Assembly (NCBI GenBank): GCA_042562855.1
Contig: JBHPNE010000001.1
Location: 35,046 to 99,045, forward strand
Length of the DNA: 64,000 nucleotides
Direction of reading: 5' to 3'
From: Elusimicrobiota bacterium
GTDB lineage: Bacteria; Elusimicrobiota; Endomicrobiia; Endomicrobiales; JAPLKN01
A program made the translations under genes and the position numbers. How positions within the stretch are numbered: the stretch's first letter is position 1; each line of letters starts with the position of its first letter. Positions 1 through 9,587 of this stretch are shown piece after piece. The notes under the pieces were generated by a model. It saw only the letters and a program-made list of their open reading frames with translations, was not told the origin of the DNA and did no database searches.

Positions 1-929
1 TTTATGAGCCCATAACAAAAATGTATAACAATATTGCTTTATGGACATTTGTATGGGTGACATTATTTTTAATTCTCGGGTTTAATTTTGTCAGACGTAT
101 TGTAAATCCTTTAATGATTTTGAAATCAGGAGCCGAAAATATAAGCAAAGGGAAACTTGATATAAGATTAAATATAAACACGGGAGATGAAATAGAGGAA
201 TTGGCCAAGAATTTTGAAACAATGGCCAAGAATTTGAAAGAACTTGAAGTGTTAAGAGAAGACCTTATCAGGATGATAATTCATGACTTGAAAAGCCCAT
301 TAAGCGGAATAACATCAAGCTTAGATTATTTAGATACAGGCCTTGCGGGAAATATATCGGATGAGCAAAAGAGCATTGTTGTATTAGCCAAAAAATCAAC
401 TGAAAATATGCTTGTTATGATCCAAAATTTGCTTGATATTGCAAAAATGGAAGAAGGAAAACTTGAGCTTAAGAAAGAAAAAGTAAACATCACTGAATTG
501 ATTATAGACGCAAAAAAACAATATGATACTCAAGCTTCCCGAGAAAACAAAAGCATGAATCTTGAAGCGGAAGAAACATTGCCAGATATAGAAGTTGAAA
601 AGGGGCTAATTGAGCGTGTAGTGAACAATCTTATAACGAATGCAATTAAACATACTGTATCTGGCGGTAAAATAAGCATTGGTTTGAGAAAAATCGATAA
701 TTTTGTTCAAGTAAAAATTTCAGACAATGGCATAGGAATTCCTGATGAATACAAAAGCAGAATTTTCGAAAAATTTGTTCAAATTGAAGGGAAAAAAACT
801 CACCTGCGGACTGGAGCGGGGCTGGGTCTTACTTTCTGTAAAATGGTGGTTGAGGCGCATGGTGGATATATATTTGTTGAAAGCGAGCAGAATAAAGGCA
901 GCTCATTTATTTTCAATCTGCCGATATAA
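1..929 (+). CDS. Sensor histidine kinase, C-terminal part (5' end lies outside the window)
   Basis: The frame is open from base 3 with no upstream stop. A TM helix and HAMP-like linker are followed by H-box IHDLKSPL, N-box NLITNAIKHT, G1 DNGIGIP and G2 GAGLGL. Confidence 0.9.
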   Translation, partial: YEPITKMYNNIALWTFVWVTLFLILGFNFVRRIVNPLMILKSGAENISKGKLDIRLNINTGDEIEELAKNFETMAKNLKELEVLREDLIRMIIHDLKSPLSGITSSLDYLDTGLAGNISDEQKSIVVLAKKSTENMLVMIQNLLDIAKMEEGKLELKKEKVNITELIIDAKKQYDTQASRENKSMNLEAEETLPDIEVEKGLIERVVNNLITNAIKHTVSGGKISIGLRKIDNFVQVKISDNGIGIPDEYKSRIFEKFVQIEGKKTHLRTGAGLGLTFCKMVVEAHGGYIFVESEQNKGSSFIFNLPI

Positions 930-935
930 TTCTCA

Positions 936-964
936 TTGAATATACCTATCAATTTTGTTATAAT
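936..964 (+). promoter_or_regulatory. Sigma70-type promoter candidate for 1012..2733
   Basis: TTGAAT (936-941), 17-nt spacer, TATAAT (959-964), about 48 nt upstream of the ATG. Confidence 0.4.
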
Positions 965-1011
965 ACAAAACCTTAAATTGTGCATTAACCGGGATAAAAC
1001 AGAAACTGAAA

Positions 1012-2733
1012 ATGACAAGTAAAATAAACCTATTTTTATCATTTGTCTTTTGTTTTTGTCTTTTTGCAAGTGCTGATATTTTATTTGCTGAAGAGCCTAA
1101 ACAAAAGCATATTATTTTTATTGCTGACTGGGGCGATGAGGAACCACCTGAGGAAGTAATATCTTTATTGGTTTATAACCCTATGATAAAGCTGGCTATT
1201 CCATGGCCATCTAGTTTGGAGCCAACTGATCAGGTAAAATATTTAGCGGAAAGCGGGCAGATAGAGCCCATTCTAACAATCGAGAATGAACCCATTCTTC
1301 CTCTGATTTATAAGACCGAGATACCGGCGGAGCCGAAATTCACATATTCATACCCTCAGGATATATGGGATATAGTTGCAAAGAATAATATTCAATACCG
1401 TTCATATTTCCAAAGGGGTAGTAAGGGTTTGTATTTGAGATCAGGAATTTTCGGTGAGAAAACAATTTCGGGCTTAAAAAATCTTGGGTTAACTTGGGCT
1501 AATAGAAAAATATTAGACCCATCTGATGGCATAGGTTATGTAAGAAAAAGATTTCTTGTTTTAAATATGAAAAGAAACTATATCCATAATCCTGAAAAAA
1601 GCTGGAGATGGATCACTGGGCACAAAGAGGATGTGGTTGCAATTGTCTTTTCAAAAAGCTGGCGCTTAAATTATGAGTTTCTTTCATATGTGGGTCAGCA
1701 GTTACTAGTAAACAAAGATGTTAAAATGATTGTTCCACAGGATATTTTTTCAAATGGCACACTAAAAAAATTCCCTAGAAAGAATCTTACCCTAGATGCT
1801 GATTTAAATCCATGGATAAGAGATGTAAACCTATGGAAAAAGCTTTATATGGCAAGAAGGGCGATCAGGGCGTATAAAAATTCCGGAAAAGCGGAGTTGA
1901 ATATTTTGGATGTAGTAAAGAATGAATTAAATTTTATTTACAAATATGATACATTCGCAAAAGCACAAGCCAACTCTAATTCGGAGGAATATCAGATAGT
2001 CTGTGCAGGAATAAGCAATATTTACAGATTCTTGAAAATTAAGGAACCGAAAGAAGCTGATATAGATGCCGAAGAAATGGATGAGGAAGACTTCGATGAA
2101 GAAAATGTATCTCAAAAGTTCAAAATATCACGAGGAAAATATTTTTTAGGCGTGCATAATACGCCGAATATGAAAGAAAAAACAAAACTAACTTATTTTT
2201 CTGTTGCATTAAGTTCATGGAGTGTGAATTACAGGGTTCATCTTCTCAAAAAAACAACAGACTACAATTGCCATGCTGATATTTATATAGACATGAATAA
2301 CAAAAGAGGTGCCGGATTAGTAAGACTTCTCCCTGGCAAAGATGCTTTCTTGGATCCAAAAAATGCATGGGAATATGCCATTAGGATAAAGGATGATAGT
2401 GCAGAGCTTTATAAAGCAAGTAGATTTAATCCGGTTCTGGTCAAAGCTTTTGATATATCGGAAGGAAATAAAGTATTGATTCCAAAAAGTATTTTGAGAG
2501 GCAATCCGCTAAATTGGGGATATCAAGCCGTGGCTTTACATGAAGTTGAGAAAGTTGTGGAGATGGAAAAGAAGGTAAATGATAAACCTACTGATGGAGA
2601 AGAGGCAGAACCGGAAACTGAAATTATTAAGGAATATGAGATTTCAGATTTTCTATGCCGTGATGATTACGTCAGAAGAAAAACCCTAAAATCAAAAACA
2701 ATTCAACTTCGCACAATTAGAGATATTCAATAA
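1012..2733 (+). CDS. Secreted hypothetical protein; the C-terminal third may be a glucodextranase-C-like carbohydrate-binding region
   Basis: Long ORF with an ATG start and an N-terminal signal-like segment (LFLSFVFCFCLFASADILFA). It also has an acidic linker. I recognise no catalytic motif. Confidence 0.55.
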   Translation: MTSKINLFLSFVFCFCLFASADILFAEEPKQKHIIFIADWGDEEPPEEVISLLVYNPMIKLAIPWPSSLEPTDQVKYLAESGQIEPILTIENEPILPLIYKTEIPAEPKFTYSYPQDIWDIVAKNNIQYRSYFQRGSKGLYLRSGIFGEKTISGLKNLGLTWANRKILDPSDGIGYVRKRFLVLNMKRNYIHNPEKSWRWITGHKEDVVAIVFSKSWRLNYEFLSYVGQQLLVNKDVKMIVPQDIFSNGTLKKFPRKNLTLDADLNPWIRDVNLWKKLYMARRAIRAYKNSGKAELNILDVVKNELNFIYKYDTFAKAQANSNSEEYQIVCAGISNIYRFLKIKEPKEADIDAEEMDEEDFDEENVSQKFKISRGKYFLGVHNTPNMKEKTKLTYFSVALSSWSVNYRVHLLKKTTDYNCHADIYIDMNNKRGAGLVRLLPGKDAFLDPKNAWEYAIRIKDDSAELYKASRFNPVLVKAFDISEGNKVLIPKSILRGNPLNWGYQAVALHEVEKVVEMEKKVNDKPTDGEEAEPETEIIKEYEISDFLCRDDYVRRKTLKSKTIQLRTIRDIQ

Positions 2734-2760
2734 ATTACACAATAATACTGGAGGAGTGCA

Positions 2761-3975
2761 ATGTCGGTGATAAGACCATTTAATGGAGTTCGATTTAAGG
2801 GAGCAAATATTTCGAAATTTATTTGTCCTCCCTATGATGTGATTTCTAGTGATGAGAAAAAAAGACTAAAGAATCTTTCAAACAATAATATGGTGAAGCT
2901 TGAATTGCCGGATAGTCTAGGCACTAAAAATAAATATCAGCAAGCAGCGTTTCTTTTTGATAGCTGGCAGAAAAACAACGTCATGAATAAAGATGATAAG
3001 CCGGCCTTTTATTTTTATGAGCAGAAATTCTCAGATAATGGAAAAGGCATGAAAAGATGCGGTTTCCTTGCGGCATTGAAGCTTGAAAATCCTCATGGGG
3101 GAAGTGTTAAACCTCATGAAAAAACCTTGGCAAAACCTAAGCAGGATAGGTTAAGTATGCTGAGAGCGGTGAAAGCGAATTTGAGCCCGATATTTGGCCT
3201 TTTTAATGACGATAAGAAGATTGTGGTTAACATATGTAAAAAAATATCCGGAAAATCCCCGGATTCTGTTGCAAAGGACAAGGATGGAGTGAGCCATAAA
3301 TTATGGAAAGTTGAGGATGAGAAAATAATCGATAAGATTTCGAAAGTCTTGAAAAGCCAAAAAGTGTTTATTGCGGATGGACATCACAGGTATGAAACGG
3401 CATGGAATTATTCTCAAAGTAGAAAGAAGAAAAACAGAAAACACAAAGGAAATGAGCCGTATAATTATGTAATGATATTTTTGTGTCCTATGCAGGACAA
3501 GGGTCTCTCTATTTGGCCGACACATAGGGTCTTTGATGAACCAAAAGACATGGAAGCGAAAATAGATAAGTATTTTAATGTTTCTAATGGTTCAAAATAT
3601 AAAAAGTTAAAGAGTAATGCTTTGCAGCCATTGCTATTTTATAAAAAGGGAAAATTTAGGACATTGACATTAAAGAACAAAACCACGCTTAATGAATTCA
3701 TGAAAGGCGAGTGCAGTTCTTCTAAAAACCTGGGGGTCAGTATGCTTCATAAGATCCTCCTTAAGGGTGTTTCTCCTGAATATATTCGATATGTGAAAAG
3801 CGAAAAAGAAGCGATCAAGAAAGCTAATTCTGAAAAATGCGTGGCTATGATAGTGCCTGCAACACCCATGAAAGCATTAAAAGAAATAGCGACGTTAAAT
3901 CAGACAATGCCTCAGAAATCTACTTATTTTTATCCTAAAGTTACAACCGGTATGGTTTTGCACAGCGTTAAATAG
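2761..3975 (+). CDS. DUF1015 family protein
   Basis: GGAGGAG RBS at 2750-2756. The N-terminus (IRPFNGVRF ... ICPPYDVIS) and the internal ADGHHRYETA motif are typical of DUF1015. Confidence 0.8.
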   Translation: MSVIRPFNGVRFKGANISKFICPPYDVISSDEKKRLKNLSNNNMVKLELPDSLGTKNKYQQAAFLFDSWQKNNVMNKDDKPAFYFYEQKFSDNGKGMKRCGFLAALKLENPHGGSVKPHEKTLAKPKQDRLSMLRAVKANLSPIFGLFNDDKKIVVNICKKISGKSPDSVAKDKDGVSHKLWKVEDEKIIDKISKVLKSQKVFIADGHHRYETAWNYSQSRKKKNRKHKGNEPYNYVMIFLCPMQDKGLSIWPTHRVFDEPKDMEAKIDKYFNVSNGSKYKKLKSNALQPLLFYKKGKFRTLTLKNKTTLNEFMKGECSSSKNLGVSMLHKILLKGVSPEYIRYVKSEKEAIKKANSEKCVAMIVPATPMKALKEIATLNQTMPQKSTYFYPKVTTGMVLHSVK

Positions 3976-3990
3976 GATAAGGGAGAACAA

Positions 3991-4533
3991 ATGTTTAATT
4001 ATTTTGATGTGCTCACCATTTTTGTTATTTTGGGATTGTGTTATTTGGGTTTCAGAACAGGGATTGTGTCCAATATTTTTTATGTGTCCAGCGGTTTTAT
4101 AGGTATGTTTGTTGCCCATAAATTTTATAAGCAACTTGAAATGGATTTTCATCTGTTTTTCATATCAGTTGCACTTTGTGTCATGATTATAGGGTTTTTT
4201 ATTGGGAAAGCTTTAAGAGACTATAAAATCGGACGCTATGATAGAGGTATTGGAGCGTTCTTGGGTTTGATTCTTGGGGTATTAATAACGACGGCGGTGA
4301 CTGGCCCGGTTTTTGCTAAAATATCTGATTACACATATAAAATGGCCTATAATTCCATATCGGGAAAATATATTATTAGAGTAGTTCAGAAGGTGTTTCC
4401 GAATATCAAAGAGTTAAAATTAAGGAAGGTAAAAGAAATGATAGATAAAAGCGAGATTGCTAGTTCTGCTGGCCTAAAAGTGCTTGATACGGCGGAGGAA
4501 GCGGTAAAACAAAAAAAGAAAGACATTAAATAG
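3991..4533 (+). CDS. cvpA: CvpA family membrane protein
   Basis: About 4 TM helices and a CvpA-like N-terminus (FNYFDVLTIFVILGLCYLGFRTGIV). GGGAG RBS upstream. Confidence 0.6.
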   Translation: MFNYFDVLTIFVILGLCYLGFRTGIVSNIFYVSSGFIGMFVAHKFYKQLEMDFHLFFISVALCVMIIGFFIGKALRDYKIGRYDRGIGAFLGLILGVLITTAVTGPVFAKISDYTYKMAYNSISGKYIIRVVQKVFPNIKELKLRKVKEMIDKSEIASSAGLKVLDTAEEAVKQKKKDIK

Positions 4534-4545
4534 AGAGGAAAAGAC

Positions 4546-5418
4546 ATGAAGAAAATAAAATTAGGTTTTCCAAAAGGAAGCTTGCAGGAATCTACCTTAG
4601 AGCTTTTTAAGAAAGCCGGAATTAGAATAAATACGTCTACAAGGTCATATTTTCCGTCGTGTGATGATGATGAAATTGAAGTAATGATGGTTCGCTCACA
4701 GGAAATGGCTAAATATGTTGAAGACGGTGTTTTTGATGTTGGTCTAACCGGCTATGACTGGATATGCGAAACAGGCGCAAAAGTAAAAGAAGTCTGCGAA
4801 CTCATTTATGCAAAGTCGGGCTTTAGACCGGTACGCTGGGTGTTAGCTGTGCCCAATGGGTCTAAAATAAGATCAGTTAAAGATCTTAAAGGAAAGAGTA
4901 TTGCAACAGAGCTGGTAAACTATGTAAAAAAATATTTGAGGAGAAAAGGTGTTAAAGCAAATGTTGAGTTTTCCTGGGGAGCAACGGAGGTAAAGGCTGG
5001 AAGATTTGTTGATGCTATTGTCGAGCTTACAGAAACCGGGTCATCTTTACGGGCAAACAATTTAAGAATAGTTGATGAGATTTTGTCATCCACAACAAGA
5101 TTTATTGCAAATGAAGACGCGTTGAAGGATTCATGGAAAAGGAAAAAGATAGAAAGTATTGCAATACTTCTTAAAAGCGCATTGGCAGCTGAAGGTATGG
5201 TGGGTTTAAAAATGAATGTTTTATGCAAAAACTTAAATAAAATAAATAAACTTCTGCCGGCTTTGCGAAAACCCACACTTTCACAACTTAGTGATCCAAA
5301 GTGGGTTGCTTTAGAGGTTATAATGGAAGAAAAAGTGGTGAAAAAAATTCTTCCGGAACTCAAAAGAGCCGGCGCTGAAGGCATTATAGAGTATCCTCTT
5401 AATAAAATAATCTATTAA
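4546..5418 (+). CDS. hisG: ATP phosphoribosyltransferase (long form)
   Basis: 290 aa. N-terminus [20 protein letters not shown], with TGSSLRAN and a C-terminal regulatory-domain-like tail. Confidence 0.9.
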   Translation: MKKIKLGFPKGSLQESTLELFKKAGIRINTSTRSYFPSCDDDEIEVMMVRSQEMAKYVEDGVFDVGLTGYDWICETGAKVKEVCELIYAKSGFRPVRWVLAVPNGSKIRSVKDLKGKSIATELVNYVKKYLRRKGVKANVEFSWGATEVKAGRFVDAIVELTETGSSLRANNLRIVDEILSSTTRFIANEDALKDSWKRKKIESIAILLKSALAAEGMVGLKMNVLCKNLNKINKLLPALRKPTLSQLSDPKWVALEVIMEEKVVKKILPELKRAGAEGIIEYPLNKIIY

Positions 5419-5419
5419 C

Positions 5420-6886
5420 ATGACTATTAGAGTAAGATTTGCTCCATCACCAACGGGGTTTTTGCATATTGGAGGGGTAAGAACAGCCCTTTTTAACTGG
5501 CTTTTTGCAAAAAAATCGGGTGGAAAGCTTATATTGCGTATAGAAGATACTGATGAAGCTCGTTCTACGGATGAGTCTGTTGGTGTTATCTTAGACGGGA
5601 TGAAGTGGTTGGGACTTAATTGGGATGAAGGGCCTACTAAAGAAAAACGTGAGTTTGGGTCCTATTACCAAATGAAGAGAAGAGACGAGGGATTATATAA
5701 AAAATATATTGATGAACTCATTAAAAAAGATTTTGCATATCCGTGTTATTGCACAAAGGAAGAAGTTGATGCAATGCGTAAAAAAGCCCAAATGCAGAAA
5801 TTACCTCCAAAATACGACGGCACTTGCTCTAAACTGACACCAGAACAAAGAAAACAAAAAGAAGCAGAGGGGAGAAAATCAGTAATAAGGTTTAGAATGC
5901 CGAAAGAGGGGAAAGCTCAATTTGATGATATCGTAAGAGCAAGTGTCGAATTTGAAAATGCTCTTTTGGATGATTTTGTAATAATGAAGGCAAGCGGAAC
6001 GCCAACATACAATTTTGCATGTGTGATAGATGATTATCTCATGAAAATATCACACGTTATCAGGGGTGATGACCATATATCAAATACACCTAAACAGATC
6101 AATATATATAAAGCGTTCGGCTGGCAGATTCCGGTTTATGCGCATTTGTCTATGATAATGGGCCCTGATGGTTCAAGGCTTTCTAAGCGTCATGGTCATA
6201 CATCTGTGCTTGAATATCAAAATGACGGTTATCTTCCTGAAGCCGTAATCAACTACTTATCCTTATTGGGTTGGTCAACAGAAGATAGCCAGCAGTTGTT
6301 TGAATCAACAGATGAGCTTATAAGCAAATTTTCACTAGAAAGATGCACAAAAGCTTCAGCGACATTTGATTTGCAGAAACTTTTATGGATGAACGGTGAA
6401 TATATACGAAAGAAAAGTGCTGCAGATTTAACCGAAGCTTTCCTTAATTGGATAGAAGTTGCTAAACAAAGCGAGAAGATCAAGGGCTGGAATAAAAAAC
6501 TGATTGAAAAAACAATAACTTTAGAACAAGATAAAATAAAACTCTTAAGCGAAATTCCCGGGTTGATTGACTTCTTTTTTACTGATAATGTAGAATATCT
6601 CGAAGAAGCCGTAAACAAAGTCTTTAAAAAAGATACTGCTCAGATGGTCTTAGAAGACGGCGTTGGGGAATTGAAGAATATATCGGATTTTTCAGCTGAT
6701 TCTTTAGAAAAATTTTCAAGAGTATTTGCAGAAAAAAAAGGTATAAAGACAGGGCAGGTATTCCATCCTTTACGAGTTGCGGTATCAGGCAGGACTAAGG
6801 GCCCAAGCCTTTTTCATATGCTTGAGGTTTTAGGAAAAGAAAAGGTCGTGCAAAGAATAGAAAATGCCTTAAAAAAATATTTTTAA
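5420..6886 (+). CDS. gltX: Glutamate--tRNA ligase
   Basis: The HIGH-type motif [11 protein letters not shown] and the KMSKS-type motif RLSKRHG are present. The size (488 aa) fits. The start lies 1 nt after the hisG stop. Confidence 0.95.
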   Translation: MTIRVRFAPSPTGFLHIGGVRTALFNWLFAKKSGGKLILRIEDTDEARSTDESVGVILDGMKWLGLNWDEGPTKEKREFGSYYQMKRRDEGLYKKYIDELIKKDFAYPCYCTKEEVDAMRKKAQMQKLPPKYDGTCSKLTPEQRKQKEAEGRKSVIRFRMPKEGKAQFDDIVRASVEFENALLDDFVIMKASGTPTYNFACVIDDYLMKISHVIRGDDHISNTPKQINIYKAFGWQIPVYAHLSMIMGPDGSRLSKRHGHTSVLEYQNDGYLPEAVINYLSLLGWSTEDSQQLFESTDELISKFSLERCTKASATFDLQKLLWMNGEYIRKKSAADLTEAFLNWIEVAKQSEKIKGWNKKLIEKTITLEQDKIKLLSEIPGLIDFFFTDNVEYLEEAVNKVFKKDTAQMVLEDGVGELKNISDFSADSLEKFSRVFAEKKGIKTGQVFHPLRVAVSGRTKGPSLFHMLEVLGKEKVVQRIENALKKYF

Positions 6887-6897
6887 AGGAGCATATT

Positions 6898-7263
6898 ATG
6901 GAAGCAAAAAATATGGATAGACATTTTGTGGGTTTAGTAATGATGCTTGCATCAGCTGCATGGCAGCAGATGGGTAAAATAGCAAATCCTATGACAGGAA
7001 AAGTAGACAGAAATATGCCTCAGGTTCAAATGATGATAGAAACATTATCTATGCTTCAGAATAAAACCAAAGGCAATCTTTCTACAGATGAGCAGAAATC
7101 TCTGGAAAATGTAATCTCGGATTTGCAATTAAATTATGCTGATGAAGTAAAAAAAACAGACAAGCCCGCGGATAGTGCTCCATCTGCTGAAACCGGTAAA
7201 GTGGAAGAAAAGAAAGAAGATAGCAAAGACGAAAAAGAAGAGAAGAACAAACCCATAAATTAA
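6898..7263 (+). CDS. DUF1844 domain protein
   Basis: AGGAG RBS. The core FVGLVMMLASAAWQQMGKIANPMTGK ... LSMLQNKTKGNLS matches the DUF1844 pattern. The C-terminal tail is K/E-rich. Confidence 0.7.
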   Translation: MEAKNMDRHFVGLVMMLASAAWQQMGKIANPMTGKVDRNMPQVQMMIETLSMLQNKTKGNLSTDEQKSLENVISDLQLNYADEVKKTDKPADSAPSAETGKVEEKKEDSKDEKEEKNKPIN

Positions 7264-7266
7264 TGA

Positions 7267-7475
7267 TTGCCCGGTGGTGCCAGCCTGAGGCTGGTGCGCC
7301 TTTGGTGCATAATTGACCTTAAGGGATCTTTTTAATGTTTTTAGAAAAAATAGAAGCTATTTTTTTATTAGTTGCCCGGTGGTGCCAGCCTGAGGCTGGT
7401 GCGCCTTTGGCGCATAATTGACCTTATACGGTCTTTTTAATGTTTTTAGAAAAAATAGAAGCTATTTTTTATTAG
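7267..7475 (+). repeat. Tandem repeat of two units (7267-7371 and 7372-7475). Each begins with the first 13 nt of the adjacent tRNA-Gln and carries two GC-rich hairpins
   Basis: The units are near-identical by eye. Each starts TTGCCCGGTGGTG. This is followed by CCAGCC-TGA-GGCTGG and TGCGCC-TTT-GG(T/C)GCA, then an AT-rich tail containing TTGACC. A third copy of the 13-mer is the real tRNA 5' end. Confidence 0.85.
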
Positions 7476-7476
7476 T

Positions 7477-7549
7477 TGCCCGGTGGTGTAATTGGTAACA
7501 CGCCTGCCTCTGGAGCAGGAGTCTCCTGGTTCGAGCCCAGGCCGGGCAG
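7477..7549 (+). tRNA. tRNA-Gln (anticodon CUG)
   Basis: Hand-folded cloverleaf:
- acceptor TGCCCGG/CCGGGCA (U1:A72)
- D arm GTGT-AATTGGTA-ACAC
- anticodon arm CCTGC-CTCTGGA-GCAGG
- 5-nt variable loop
- T arm CCTGG-TTCGAGC-CCAGG
- discriminator G
CCA is not encoded. Confidence 0.9.
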
Positions 7550-7556
7550 GTTCTTT

Positions 7557-7690
7557 AAACGAAATTTGCTATTATATATCGCATAGTTTTTGTTTGGCTA
7601 TTATTTGAAGATTATTGGCTTGTTTAAAAGTTCTTTCTTGCGAATGATATATGCTAGTCCAATTCAAGGTTCAAAAATTGTCCAAGCCGG
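7557..7690. repeat. Repeat R1, about 134 bp, paralogous to R2 at 9588-9718. It ends in a degenerate copy of the tRNA-Gln 3' end
   Basis: About 75-80% identity to 9588-9718 by eye alignment. R1 ends GTCCAAGCCGG where R2 ends GCCCAGGCCGG. Confidence 0.75.
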
Positions 7691-7717
7691 AAAATCACTT
7701 TTAAATAAGAGTCAAAA

Positions 7718-7750
7718 AGAGAGCAAGGGAAATGGTATTGCTCTCTTTTT
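7718..7750 (+). terminator. Rho-independent terminator downstream of tRNA-Gln and R1
   Basis: AGAGAGCAA / TTGCTCTCT 9-bp stem with an 11-nt loop, followed by TTTT. Confidence 0.6.
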
Positions 7751-7759
7751 GTTGGTAAT

Positions 7760-7788
7760 TTGACTTTATAAAAAGGAAATAGTAAACT
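7760..7788 (+). promoter_or_regulatory. Sigma70-type promoter candidate for the MFS transporter gene
   Basis: TTGACT (7760-7765), 17-nt spacer, TAAACT (7783-7788). Confidence 0.4.
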
Positions 7789-7804
7789 CATCGTTCAAAT
7801 TTTG

Positions 7805-7859
7805 ATGAATTAAACGCTTCTGATAATACCTTTCAGGCGGCAATTCTTTTTTAATTCAT
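7805..7859 (+). promoter_or_regulatory. Structured 5' leader of the MFS gene (long hairpin)
   Basis: ATGAATTAAA (7805-7814) is the perfect reverse complement of TTTAATTCAT (7850-7859). An inner helix CGC-TT-CTGA / TCAG-GCG lies between them. The element sits between the predicted promoter and the RBS. Confidence 0.3.
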
Positions 7860-7908
7860 ACGATCAAACAAAAAATTTTTTTAATTTTCAAATGGAGGGA
7901 GTATTAAA

Positions 7909-9393
7909 ATGAGCGAAGTTAAACATTATGTGACTAGTGCGGAAGACAGGATCCCTATTTCGCAGAAAATTTTTTACGGACTGGGAATGTTTACCAATAA
8001 TTTAGTTCCTGCAGCAATGGGAATCATGGCGGTGGTGCTTAATCTTGGTTTGGGAATGAATCCTGCCTTGGTTGGCTATATCATGTCATTTCCCCGGATC
8101 GTAGATGCGTTTACGGACCCGGCTATGGGGTATATCTCAGACAATACTAAATCGCGTTTTGGCCGGCGTAAACCGTATATCTTTTTCGGCGCTATCTTGC
8201 TTGGTATTACATTTGCCCTAATGTGGCGGGTCGGGCAGGGACACACCCAAATGTTTTACTTTTGGTTTTTTCTGCTTGGTTTTAATATTTTATTTCTTTG
8301 GAATACTCTTTTTGCAACGCCTTTTACTGCTTTAGGGTATGAAATGACACCTGATTATAATGAAAGAACCAGTGTTATGGCATGGGCTAACTGGTTGGGG
8401 CAGATTCCATGGCTCTTAACTCCCTGGTTCTGGTGGTTAATGGCAAATGAAAATTATTTCGATAATCCTGTAACAGGTGCGCAGACCATTGCACTATGGG
8501 TAGGATTTTCTGTTGTTGTATTAGGAATAATGCCGGCTATTTTCTCTCGCGAGCGATTCCTGAATGTAGCTGAAAATGAAATTAAAAAAGACAAACCGGG
8601 ACTAGGTGCGCATATCATTGATTTCTTAAAAGGATTTGTAGTTACCATGAAAAATGCTGCATTTTTAAAAATAATAGGCGCAACTTTTTTTGTTTTCAAC
8701 GGTTTTATGATAATATCCGGTTTTGCGATGTATATTTTTATTTACTATACATTTGGCGGTGATACAGTGTTGGGGGGTAAATATAACGGCTTATACGGTA
8801 CGACTGCAGCTCTTTCTACGGTGTTTATTGTTATTCCAATCGTGACCCGCCTTTCGAAAGCAATAGGCAAGAAAAGCGCTTTTATTGTTTCAACCTCGAT
8901 TTCTATTATAGGTTTTATTATTAAGTGGTGGTGTTTCAATCCTAAATATTCATCGCTTGTTGTGGTTAATCTGCCTGTTATCGGTGAAGTGCAGCTATTA
9001 ATTCTTTTACCGGGCATTTTGATTTCTTTTGGTATAGGAAGCGTATTTATGCTTATGGGTGCGATGATGGGCGACACCTGTGATCTTGACGAATTGGACA
9101 GCGGCAAACGTCGGGAAGGTATGTATGGTGCAATTTACTGGTGGGTATTAAAACTTGGCATGTCTGTGGCATTTGCAGTTTCAGGGAATGTTCTTAATGC
9201 CACCGGATTTGATGTTGCATTGGGGGCAAATCAGACGGCAGAGACATTGTTTAGGCTTAGATTGTTTGATGTATTTCTCCCGATTTTAACTACACTTTTG
9301 GCGATTGCTGCTATTGCGACTTATCCACTAAATGAAGCAAAGGCGCATGAAATCAGGGCAGAGTTAGAAAAACGCCGCGGCAAGACCGTTTAA
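7909..9393 (+). CDS. MFS transporter, glycoside-pentoside-hexuronide (GPH/MelB-like) family
   Basis: 12 predicted TM segments. The GPH-type motif DAFTDPAMGYISDNTKSRFGRRKPY follows TM2. GGAGGGAG RBS. Confidence 0.85.
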   Translation: MSEVKHYVTSAEDRIPISQKIFYGLGMFTNNLVPAAMGIMAVVLNLGLGMNPALVGYIMSFPRIVDAFTDPAMGYISDNTKSRFGRRKPYIFFGAILLGITFALMWRVGQGHTQMFYFWFFLLGFNILFLWNTLFATPFTALGYEMTPDYNERTSVMAWANWLGQIPWLLTPWFWWLMANENYFDNPVTGAQTIALWVGFSVVVLGIMPAIFSRERFLNVAENEIKKDKPGLGAHIIDFLKGFVVTMKNAAFLKIIGATFFVFNGFMIISGFAMYIFIYYTFGGDTVLGGKYNGLYGTTAALSTVFIVIPIVTRLSKAIGKKSAFIVSTSISIIGFIIKWWCFNPKYSSLVVVNLPVIGEVQLLILLPGILISFGIGSVFMLMGAMMGDTCDLDELDSGKRREGMYGAIYWWVLKLGMSVAFAVSGNVLNATGFDVALGANQTAETLFRLRLFDVFLPILTTLLAIAAIATYPLNEAKAHEIRAELEKRRGKTV

Positions 9394-9502
9394 TTAAACT
9401 ATGGATTACAAAATTATTTTATATCAGCGCAATGTTTGGTAAAGTAAGTTCAATGATTTGTATTAGCCTTTGAGTATAGGCATTTTAATGCATAATCCAT
9501 GG

Positions 9503-9534
9503 AAGAGCAAGGAAAGTTATCTTGCTCTTTTTTT
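9503..9534 (+). terminator. Rho-independent terminator after the MFS gene
   Basis: AAGAGCAAG / CTTGCTCTT 9-bp stem followed by a T-run. The stem sequence resembles the terminator at 7718-7750. Confidence 0.6.
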
Positions 9535-9587
9535 GTTTATAAGGATTTTGAAATAAGAAATTAGAGTTTCATCTTAGCTACAAAACT

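Noticed and set aside
7267-7475. The tandem repeats near tRNA-Gln as a CRISPR array.
   Set aside because: There are only two ~105-bp units, directly abutting with no unique spacers, and no cas genes in the window.
7604-7666. The conserved in-frame TGA in R1 and R2 as evidence for an alternative genetic code (TGA as sense).
   Set aside because: Standard-code translation gives uninterrupted ORFs of 1-2.9 kaa throughout the window, and at least one clear gene (42513..45179) ends on TGA. The organism therefore uses TGA as a stop.
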